A DNA stretch of 32,000 nt. It comes from Bdellovibrionales bacterium (GTDB lineage Bacteria; Bdellovibrionota; Bdellovibrionia; Bdellovibrionales; UBA1609). Shown piece by piece: positions 17,180 through 24,934 of this stretch (position 1 is the stretch's first letter; each line of letters starts with the position of its first letter). The notes under the pieces were generated by a model that had not been told where the DNA came from, searched no databases, and saw nothing but the letters and a program-made list of their open reading frames with translations. The stretch is from contig OZ252021.1 of assembly GCA_965247685.1 (NCBI GenBank), positions 990,001 through 1,022,000 of the forward strand, read 5' to 3'. Both the position numbers and the translations under genes were made by a program.

Positions 17180-18385
17180 TTATATAAATCTACAAGGGGA
17201 TTTATTCAGCTGTTCGGAGAAGAAGGCCTCTGGATCAGATGGTATTTCCTCACTACGTTCACTGCTTTTGAATCGGAATGGCTCAACACCTGAGTGAATC
17301 CAATCAGGCGGGGCGCTGAAGTAAGCAGACATATATAAAGTCATGCTTTCTAATTCTCCTGTATCTGTGACGAAAAGAGAAATGAATCTCGTCGTATTTT
17401 CTACATCTCCCACCTGGTCCAGACCCTCTCTTAATCCTTGAATGTAGCCATGTTCATTATTCATCTGAAGTTCCTTCACCCACTCTTTTTTTAAGGATCG
17501 GGCTTCGTAAATCGTGTGGGTACTCTCGTTGCGACCTTCATCGTCTATATAGTCTGGCTCAAAGTCAGCAATATTAAAATCGCTCAATAGTACACAAAAT
17601 CTTCCAGGCTCGCTAGCATCCATGGAGCGTATCCAGAACATTAAAGTATCGGACATAGGGCTGTATGCGAGAACAGTCTTTGTAGAAAGATCAGCTATCC
17701 AAGAGTCATACGGGAACCATGACCAGTAGACATCCACTTTTTTGTGGTACACTCCTGTAATCTGCTCAAGCTGTTTTGCAAATGATGGAGGAGCAGGAGA
17801 AGCAGACGTTGGAAGCTTTTGTTGTTTGGTTTGTTGTTGAGGCGGAGTCTCAGTTTCTTTTTGAATTTCTTCAATGTCTTCTTTAGTTTCTTGTTTAATT
17901 TCTTCAATTTGTTGTTCAGATTTTTGTTTAATTTCTTTAATTTGTTGTCCAGATTTTTGTTTAATTTCTTTAATTTGTTGTGGAGGCGGAGTCTCAGTTT
18001 CTTTTTGAATTTCTTCAATGTCTTTTTTAGTTTCTTTTTGAATTTCTTCAATGTCTTCTTTAGTTTCTTGTTTAATTTCTTCAATTTGTTGTTCAGATTT
18101 TTGTTTAATTTCTTTAATTTGTTGTCCAGATTTTTGTTTAATTTCTTTAATTTGTTGTGGAGGCGGAGTCTCAGTTTCTTTTTGAATTTCTTCAATGTCT
18201 TTTTTAGTTTCTTTTTGAATTTCTTCAATGTCTTCTGTAGTTTCTTGTTTAATTTGTTGAATTTGTTGTTCAGATTTTTGTTGAATTTGTTTAATCTGTT
18301 GTTGAGGTGGAGTCTCAAGTCCTGCATTCGATCCTGAGCAGGAGACATAAAAGAAAACCAACACAAAAGAAAATACAAATTTCAT
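17180..18385 (-). CDS. Family C lipoprotein, longest copy (401 aa)
   Basis: Leader MKFVFSFVLVFFYVSCSGS, a long QQIKEIKQKS/EDIEEIQKET repeat stalk, and a conserved C-domain ending FFSEQLNKSPCRFI. GGAGAA lies ~6 nt before the ATG. Confidence 0.85.
   Translation of the reverse strand: MKFVFSFVLVFFYVSCSGSNAGLETPPQQQIKQIQQKSEQQIQQIKQETTEDIEEIQKETKKDIEEIQKETETPPPQQIKEIKQKSGQQIKEIKQKSEQQIEEIKQETKEDIEEIQKETKKDIEEIQKETETPPPQQIKEIKQKSGQQIKEIKQKSEQQIEEIKQETKEDIEEIQKETETPPQQQTKQQKLPTSASPAPPSFAKQLEQITGVYHKKVDVYWSWFPYDSWIADLSTKTVLAYSPMSDTLMFWIRSMDASEPGRFCVLLSDFNIADFEPDYIDDEGRNESTHTIYEARSLKKEWVKELQMNNEHGYIQGLREGLDQVGDVENTTRFISLFVTDTGELESMTLYMSAYFSAPPDWIHSGVEPFRFKSSERSEEIPSDPEAFFSEQLNKSPCRFI
17805..18313 (-). 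repeat. Nested in-frame tandem repeats (177-nt units built from 33-nt and shorter sub-repeats)
   Basis: tggaggcggagtctcagtttc occurs at 17981 and again at 18158, a period of 177 nt (59 codons). A shorter third unit starts near 17836. Confidence 0.9.
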
Positions 18386-18582
18386 AGAATTTCTCCAAAA
18401 AAAAAGGTTCTCAAAGTATATTTTCGGGTCAGATTTTAACTTTTGTCAATAAAAAAGAGAGTCCGTCAGATCAAAATGGGTATTCAAAACACTAAAATCA
18501 CTTAATAAAATAGCAAAACCGTTTCCATTTATATCATAATTTAACAGTTCTAAATATTCAATAAGAAATTCAGATTGATCAC

Positions 18583-19680
18583 CTACTGAGATTTGATCGT
18601 CTGAGATACGTTGTTGATGATCGTCGTCCACTTCTTAACTGTGATCTTCACCAGAGGTTTATCTATAAATCTACAAGGGGATTTATTCAGCTGTTCGGAG
18701 AAGAAGGCCTCTGGATCAGATGGTATTTCCTCACTACGTTCACTGCTTTTGAATCGGAATGGCTCAACACCTGGGTGAATCCACCAATCAGGCGGGAAGG
18801 AATCAGAAGACATATATACAGTCATGCTTTCTAATTTTCCTGTATCTGTGACGAAAAGAGAAATGAATCTCGTCGTACTCTCTACATCTCCCACCCTGTA
18901 CAGATTCTCTTTTAATCCTTGCCTGTAGTCATCGGTACTATTATGCTGATGCTCCTCCTTCCACTCGTTTTTTAAGGATTTGGCTTCGTAAACCGTGAGG
19001 GTACTCCCGCTGCGACCTTCATAGTCTATATAGTCTGGCTCAAAGCCAGCAATATTAAAATCGCTCAATAGTACACAAAATCTTCCAGGCTCGCTAGCAT
19101 CCATGGAGCGCATCCAGACCATTAAAGTATCAAAGTTAGGGCTGTATGCGAGAACAATCTTTGTAGAAAGATCAGCTATCCAAGAGTCATACGGGTACCA
19201 AAGCCAGGTGACATCTTTTTTTTTGTGGTACACTCCTGTAATCTGCTCAAGCTGTTTCGCAAATGATGGAGGAGCAGACGTTGGAAGCTTTTGTTGTTTG
19301 ATTTGTTGTGGAGGCGGAGTCTCAGCTTCTTTTTGAATTTCTTCAATGTCTTCTGTAGTTTCTTGTTTAATTTGTTGAATTTGTTGTTCAGATTTTTGTT
19401 TAATTTCTTTAATTTGTTGTTCAGATTTTTGTTTAATTTCTTTAATTTGTTGTGGAGGCGGAGTCTCAGTTTCTTTTTGAATTTCTTCAATGTCTTTTTT
19501 AGTTTCTTTTTGAATTTCTTCAATGTCTTCTGTAGTTTCTTGTTTAATTTGTTGAATTTGTTGTTCAGATTTTTGTTGAATTTGTTTAATCTGTTGTTGA
19601 GGTGGAGTCTCAAGTCCTGCATTCGATCCTGAGCAGGAGACATAAAAGAAAACCAACACAAAAGAAAATACAAATTTCAT
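18583..19680 (-). CDS. Family C lipoprotein with C-terminal read-through extension
   Basis: The first 86 aa are identical to the 17180..18385 copy in the ORF track. The canonical ..SPCRFI end is followed by DKPLVKITVKKWTTIINNVSQTIKSQ instead of a stop. Confidence 0.8.
   Translation of the reverse strand: MKFVFSFVLVFFYVSCSGSNAGLETPPQQQIKQIQQKSEQQIQQIKQETTEDIEEIQKETKKDIEEIQKETETPPPQQIKEIKQKSEQQIKEIKQKSEQQIQQIKQETTEDIEEIQKEAETPPPQQIKQQKLPTSAPPSFAKQLEQITGVYHKKKDVTWLWYPYDSWIADLSTKIVLAYSPNFDTLMVWMRSMDASEPGRFCVLLSDFNIAGFEPDYIDYEGRSGSTLTVYEAKSLKNEWKEEHQHNSTDDYRQGLKENLYRVGDVESTTRFISLFVTDTGKLESMTVYMSSDSFPPDWWIHPGVEPFRFKSSERSEEIPSDPEAFFSEQLNKSPCRFIDKPLVKITVKKWTTIINNVSQTIKSQ
19285..19608 (-). repeat. 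Q/E/K/I-rich in-frame tandem repeats (stalk region)
   Basis: Uses the same sub-repeat vocabulary as 17805..18313 (QQIKEIKQKSEQQI, EDIEEIQKE, ETPPPQQ) but with fewer units. Confidence 0.85.
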
Positions 19681-19890
19681 AGAATTTCTCCAAAAAAAAG
19701 GTTCTCAAAGTATATTTTCGGGTCAGATTTTAACTTTTGTCAATAAAAAAGAGAGTCCGTCAGATCAAAATGGGTATTCAAAACACTAAAATCACTTAAT
19801 AAAATAGCAAAACCGTTTCCATTTATATCATAATTTAACAGTTCTAAATATTCAATGAGAAATTCAAATTGATCACCTACTGAGATTTGA

Positions 19891-20895
19891 TCACCAGAGA
19901 GATTTATCTATAAATCTACAAGGGGATTTATTCAGCTGTTCGGAGAAGAAGGCCTCTGGATCAGATGGTATTTCCTCACTACTACGTTCACTGCTTTTGA
20001 ATCGGATTGGCTCTACACCTGAATGAAACCAAGCAGGCTTGAAGATCGTCCTGAACATCATATAAGGAAACATATATACAGTCATGCTTTCTAATTCTCC
20101 TGTATCTGTGACGAAAAGAGAAATGAATCTCGTCGTACTATCTGCATCTCCCACCTGGTTCAGATCCTCTTTTAATCCTTGCCTGTAGTCATCGATACTA
20201 TTATGCTGAAGCTCCTCCTTCCACTCGCTTTTTAAGTATTTGGCTTCGTAAACCGTGAGGGTACTCCCGTTGTGACCTTCATCGTCTGTATAGTCTGGCT
20301 CAAAGCCAGCAATACTAAAATTGCTCAATAGTGTACAAAATCTTCCAGGATCGTCAGCATCCATGGAGCGTATCCAGAACATTAAAGTATCAGAGTTAGG
20401 GCTGTATGCGAGAACAATCTTTGTAGAAAGATCAGCTTTCCAAAAGTCATAAGGGTACCATAACCAGTAGACATCCACTTTTTTGTGGTACACTCCTGTA
20501 ATCTGCTCAAGCTGTTTTGCAAATGATGGAGGAGCAGGAGAAGCAGACGTTGGAAGCTCTTGCGGTTTGGTTTGTTGTTGAGACGGAGTCTTAGTTTCTT
20601 TTTGAACTTGTTCAATTTGTCGTATAGTTTCTTTTTGAATTTTTTCAATTTCTACTTTATTTTCTTGTTTAATTTGTTCAATTTCTTCTTTAGTTTCTTG
20701 TTCGGTTTGTTGTCCAGATTCTTGTTGAAGTTGTTCAATTTGTTGTTCGGTTTTTTGTTGAATTTCTTTAATTTGTTGTCCAGATTTTTGTTGAATTTCT
20801 TTAATTTGTTGTTGAGGTGGAGTCTCAAGTCCTGCATCCAATCCTGAGCAGGAGACATTAAACAAAACCAACACAAAAGAAAATAAAAATTTCAT
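19891..20895 (-). CDS. Family C lipoprotein
   Basis: Leader MKFLFSFVLVLFNVSCSG, a less regular Q/E/K/I stalk, a conserved C-domain, and the end ..SPCRFIDKSLW. Confidence 0.85.
   Translation of the reverse strand: MKFLFSFVLVLFNVSCSGLDAGLETPPQQQIKEIQQKSGQQIKEIQQKTEQQIEQLQQESGQQTEQETKEEIEQIKQENKVEIEKIQKETIRQIEQVQKETKTPSQQQTKPQELPTSASPAPPSFAKQLEQITGVYHKKVDVYWLWYPYDFWKADLSTKIVLAYSPNSDTLMFWIRSMDADDPGRFCTLLSNFSIAGFEPDYTDDEGHNGSTLTVYEAKYLKSEWKEELQHNSIDDYRQGLKEDLNQVGDADSTTRFISLFVTDTGELESMTVYMFPYMMFRTIFKPAWFHSGVEPIRFKSSERSSEEIPSDPEAFFSEQLNKSPCRFIDKSLW
20545..20823 (-). repeat. Imperfect Q/E/K/I-rich low-complexity repeats (stalk region)
   Basis: The translation QQIKEIQQKSGQQIKEIQQKTEQQIEQLQQESGQQTEQETKEEIEQIKQENKVEIEKIQKETIRQIEQVQKET is degenerate relative to the other copies. 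Confidence 0.7.
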
Positions 20896-21127
20896 AGAAT
20901 TTCTCCAAAATAAAAAGTTCTCGAAATGTATTTTTAGGTCAGATTTTAACTTTTGTCAATATAAAGAGAGTCCGTCAGATCAAAATGGGTATTCAAAACA
21001 CTAAAAGCATTTAATAAAATAACAAAACCGTTTCCATTTATTTCATACTTAACAGTTCTAAATATTCAATAAGAAATTCAGATTGATTGTCTGCTGAGAT
21101 TCGATCACCTCCGAGGTTCCTCTTCTG

Positions 21128-22165
21128 TTATATAAATCTACAAGGGGATTTATTCAGCTGTTCGGAGAAGAAGACCTCTGAATCAGATGGTATTTCCTCA
21201 CTACGTTCACTGCTTTTGAATCGGATTGGCTCAACACCTGGGTGAACCCAATCCTGCCGGAAGGTAGAGGAAGAAGACATATATAAAGTCATGCTTTCTA
21301 ATTTTCCTGTATCTGTGACGAAAAGAGAAATGAATCTCGTTATACTCTCTACATCTCCCACCCTGTGTAGTTTATCTTTTACTCCTTGATTGTAGTCATC
21401 GAGATTATTATTCTGAAGCTCCTTCACCCACTCTTTTTTTAAGGATCGGGCTTCGTAAATCGTGTGGGTACTCTCGTTGCGACCTTCATCGTCTATATAG
21501 TCTGGATAGTCTAGCTCAAAGCCAGCAATAATATTAAAATCGCTCAATAGTACACAAAATCTTCCAGGCTTGCCAACATCCATGGAGCGCATCCAGACCA
21601 TTAAAGTATCGGACATAGAGCTGTATGCGATAACAATCCTTACAGGAAGATCAGCTTTCCAAAAGTCATACGGGTACCAATTCCAGTAGACATCCACTGT
21701 TTTGTGGTACACTCCTGTAATCTGCTCAAGCTGTTTCGCAAATGATGGAGGAGCAGACGTTGGAAGCTTTTGTTGTTTGATTTGTTGTGGAGGCGGAGTC
21801 TCAGCTTCTTTTTGAATTTCTTCAATGTCTTCTGTAGTTTCTTGTTTAATTTGTTGAATTTGTTGTTCAGATTTTTGTTTAATTTCTTTAATTTGTTGTC
21901 CAGATTTTTGTTGAATTTGTTTGATTTGTTGTGGAGGCGGAGTCTCAGTTTCTTTTTGAATTTCTTCAATGTCTTCTGTAGTTTCTTGTTTAATTTGTTG
22001 AATTTGTTGTTCGGTTTTTTGTTTAATTTGTTTAATTTGTTGTCCAGATTTTTGTTTAATTTCTTTAATTTGTTTTTGTTGTTGAGATGGAGTCTCAAGT
22101 TCTGCATCCAATCCTGAGCAGGAGACATAAAACAAAATCAACACAAAAGAAAATAAAAATTTCAT
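21128..22165 (-). CDS. Family C lipoprotein (first copy in transcription order)
   Basis: Leader MKFLFSFVLILFYVSCSG, a repeat stalk, and a conserved C-domain ending ..SPCRFI. Confidence 0.85.
   Translation of the reverse strand: MKFLFSFVLILFYVSCSGLDAELETPSQQQKQIKEIKQKSGQQIKQIKQKTEQQIQQIKQETTEDIEEIQKETETPPPQQIKQIQQKSGQQIKEIKQKSEQQIQQIKQETTEDIEEIQKEAETPPPQQIKQQKLPTSAPPSFAKQLEQITGVYHKTVDVYWNWYPYDFWKADLPVRIVIAYSSMSDTLMVWMRSMDVGKPGRFCVLLSDFNIIAGFELDYPDYIDDEGRNESTHTIYEARSLKKEWVKELQNNNLDDYNQGVKDKLHRVGDVESITRFISLFVTDTGKLESMTLYMSSSSTFRQDWVHPGVEPIRFKSSERSEEIPSDSEVFFSEQLNKSPCRFI
21750..22093 (-). repeat. Q/E/K/I-rich in-frame tandem repeats (stalk region)
   Basis: QQIK[EQ]IKQK[ST][EG]QQI..IKQETTEDIEEIQKE[TA]ETPPPQQ appears twice in the translation. 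Confidence 0.85.
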
Positions 22166-22416
22166 AGAATTTCTCCAAAAAAAAGGCTCTCAAAGTATAT
22201 TTGAGGGTCAGATTTTAACTTTTGTCAATAAAAAGAGAGTCCGTCAGATCAAAATGGGTGTTCAAAATACTAAAATCACTTAATAAAATAGCAAAACCGT
22301 TGTCATTTATTTCATATTTAACATTCTTTGTGTGAATGTAAGAACAAGAAGAAAACTGACAAGTAACTTCTGAAGAAACTCTAATAAGGCTTCGTACCTT
22401 AATGTAGGATAATGAC

Positions 22417-24933
22417 TCATTCTGAGTTTAAAAGTTTTTGAGCTGGAATAAGAAGAGAAGCTTTAGTTGCTCTTTGAATAATAAATAATGTGGCAAATAA
22501 AGAGACAAGCATAAGGATAAAAGGAGTGATGGAAATTTTCCATTGAGCATCAAATATAAAAACAGAAATAACAAAAGAGACGACAAGAGAGCTGAGTAAG
22601 CCTAAAAGAGATGAAGCGAAAGCTATCAACCCGAATTGAGAGAGGAAAAGCATTTGAATATCCTTAAAAGAAGCCCCTAGAGTTTTGAAAAGCCCAATAT
22701 CCCATACACGGGTTCTCATTTGATGTGACACTATAGAATAAAGAACAGCTAGGGCTGCGAGTAGACAAAGCAGAGTCATCATTTGTAAAGCAAGGCTCAT
22801 TTGTTGAGTCAGATTCATAATCTGTCTAGTTAGTCGAGAAATATCAATAGACGAAATATTTGGAAAAAGTTCAGTTAAAGAACTCTGTATTTGATATTTT
22901 TTTTCAGGAGCAAGCTGTTTCAAGCTCGCCAAAAATGTTTTAGGTAAAGATTCTAGTGAATTAGGTTGGAATAATATGAAAAAATTAGGTTGAAAAGAGA
23001 GCCAATTGACTTGGCGGATATTTTGAACAACTCCTTCAATAGTTCTATTTTGCGATTCAAAGATCAGGCGATCATTCATTTTAAGCCCAACACGTTTGGC
23101 AAATCTTTGCTCTAAAGAAATAGCAGGAAGTTCACCGGGAAGTGTAGCTTGATTCCATATTTTTCCATCTATGATTTTTTCTGAAGGGCTGAGTTTTTCT
23201 TGATAGCTAAGATTAAAAATACGATTTCTAAATTGCATTTCACGAGATTTCTCACGGCTCCACTCTGTTTGTCCTGTCCCTTTATCAAAAGTTTTTCCAT
23301 TAATGGATGTGAGACGAGATTGAATCATAGGAATCATTTTATCTACGTCTACATTATTTTGTTTAAGATGATTTTTAAGAGGCTCGACTTGATGGTCTTG
23401 AATGTCAAATAGAAACAAAGAAGGAAGAGAAGATTTTTCAGGAGGATTAATTTCTCGATTCAAAGTTTGCTCTATTTGCGGTACAATATTTAAAAGCAAA
23501 ACTCCTAAACTTAAAGAGACAAAACAGGAAAGAGAACTAAGAGGGCGTCGGACGAGATCACGAAGAGACCATTTTAGAATAGGGTTTAAGCGGAACCGTT
23601 GAACAATAAGATGAGATAGGTAGAGTAAAACTCCTCCAATCAGCGTCAATAACAATGCTAAACCTAAGAAGCTGGCAAGAAAAATACTTCCGACTTTAAA
23701 AGAATGAGATTGCCACACTGAGAGCCCCCACAAAACAAGAATACCCAAGGAGTATAAAACCCATGTCAGAACGTCCTTTTGAAAAGGAGTTTGTTGGTGA
23801 AGAAGTGATGAGATTTTTATTTTTCGAATTTGTGCGAGTATAGGTAAGACGACCCATAAAGGGGTGATTAGCACAATAAAACTGGTCAAAGAGAAAGTAT
23901 AAAGACTCCAGTGAATTTCAAAAGGTAAAAATGAAGAGGTCACTTGTTTTAGAAATGGTAAAATAATGAGCGCTAAACCTAAAGAAGTGATGAAGCTTAT
24001 AATACTCAGAGTCACCACTTGGGTGAGGTAAAGAAGAAAAACTTGCATTCTTTTGAGTCCGAGAGAGAGAAGAATAGCAATATGATTAATTTTAGATTTA
24101 AAATAGGATCGAAATAAAAAGATTAAACCAATACAAGTCAGAAACAGAGTGCATAAAGAAGCTAGAGATAAAAAATCGTTCAAATAAGTCATCAGTCGAG
24201 TTACAGTTTCACTATTGTTTTCGTGAGTTTTGACTCGAATGGTCGGATCGTCGAATTGATTGAAAATATTTTTTTGTATTTGATTGAGTTGAAAACTATT
24301 TTGATTGTCTATTTTGTAAAAATAGGAGTAATAGGCAAGGCTTCCTCTTCCAATAAGTTTCGTGTTCTGTATATGACGATAGGAAATATAGGCAATGGGA
24401 GCTAGGTCGCTAGTTAAGGAATGGGAAGTATCTTTTTCGACCACACCTGTGACTTGAAAGGTGGACTGGCCGATATTCACATCATCTCCTATTTGCAGTT
24501 GAAGGTGAGTCATTATCTCTGGATAAAGCCATACCGTTTTTTTCGAAGAAGGTTTGTGGCTTTTAATTTTTATTTTTCCATAAAATGGAAAATTTGATTG
24601 TATGGCTTTGAGATGAGTCAGATGTGTTTTTTTTGTTCGAGTATTAGAGATCATAGAAAAGGTTGAGATGATTTGAGATTCTTTGGAGTTTTTTGGAATA
24701 TTTTTTAAAATAAGATTCTTTTCTTTTAGGTTTAAGGGTCTTCTGGCAGAGATGGACAGATCCGCCCCCATCATTTCTTTAGATTGAGATTTTACGATCT
24801 GATCAATGGAGTTTTTGAAGATGTCGAGAGTGATAAAGCCTGTCAGCCCTAAGGACGCATTCAATACAAAAAGTAAAACAAAGAGTGGGTGATTTTTGAG
24901 TTCTTTAAAGACTAATTTGAATATCAAACGCAT
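22417..24933 (-). CDS. ybbP: ABC transporter permease with two FtsX-like domains (YbbP-like)
   Basis: 838 aa. Two clusters of TM helices are separated by large soluble loops, the layout of the YbbP/FtsX-type fused permease. The start lies 1 nt after the stop of the ATPase gene. Confidence 0.8.
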   Translation of the reverse strand: MRLIFKLVFKELKNHPLFVLLFVLNASLGLTGFITLDIFKNSIDQIVKSQSKEMMGADLSISARRPLNLKEKNLILKNIPKNSKESQIISTFSMISNTRTKKTHLTHLKAIQSNFPFYGKIKIKSHKPSSKKTVWLYPEIMTHLQLQIGDDVNIGQSTFQVTGVVEKDTSHSLTSDLAPIAYISYRHIQNTKLIGRGSLAYYSYFYKIDNQNSFQLNQIQKNIFNQFDDPTIRVKTHENNSETVTRLMTYLNDFLSLASLCTLFLTCIGLIFLFRSYFKSKINHIAILLSLGLKRMQVFLLYLTQVVTLSIISFITSLGLALIILPFLKQVTSSFLPFEIHWSLYTFSLTSFIVLITPLWVVLPILAQIRKIKISSLLHQQTPFQKDVLTWVLYSLGILVLWGLSVWQSHSFKVGSIFLASFLGLALLLTLIGGVLLYLSHLIVQRFRLNPILKWSLRDLVRRPLSSLSCFVSLSLGVLLLNIVPQIEQTLNREINPPEKSSLPSLFLFDIQDHQVEPLKNHLKQNNVDVDKMIPMIQSRLTSINGKTFDKGTGQTEWSREKSREMQFRNRIFNLSYQEKLSPSEKIIDGKIWNQATLPGELPAISLEQRFAKRVGLKMNDRLIFESQNRTIEGVVQNIRQVNWLSFQPNFFILFQPNSLESLPKTFLASLKQLAPEKKYQIQSSLTELFPNISSIDISRLTRQIMNLTQQMSLALQMMTLLCLLAALAVLYSIVSHQMRTRVWDIGLFKTLGASFKDIQMLFLSQFGLIAFASSLLGLLSSLVVSFVISVFIFDAQWKISITPFILMLVSLFATLFIIQRATKASLLIPAQKLLNSE

Positions 24934-24934
24934 A

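Noticed and set aside
17805-18313. Possible CRISPR array, considered because of regularly spaced direct repeats. The same question arose for 31166..31640 and 26857..27801.
   Set aside because: The repeats are contiguous, in frame and inside long ORFs. There are no unique spacers and no cas genes, and the periods (177/33, 45/48 and 189 nt) are multiples of three.
15381-22128. Many tracked ORFs overlapping the family C stalks in other frames or on the plus strand. Examples: 15381..15593, 15484..15729, 16314..16610, 16356..16601, 16737..16949, 17695..18378, 17819..18337, 19176..19673, 19291..19632, 20382..20648, 20560..20847, 20652..20876, 21640..22128 and 21770..22117.
   Set aside because: They are artefacts of stop-poor low-complexity repeats. 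Their translations are monotonous (LNKKLKK.., FLFNFFNLL..) and they lack Shine-Dalgarno elements. Only the lipoprotein frame has a signal peptide and continues into the conserved C-domain.
14920-22330. Diversity-generating retroelement or invertible (shufflon-type) switch as the source of family C variation.
   Set aside because: The window contains no reverse transcriptase, no template/variable repeat pair with adenine-specific differences, no recombinase gene and no inverted repeats flanking promoters. All units are direct repeats on one strand.
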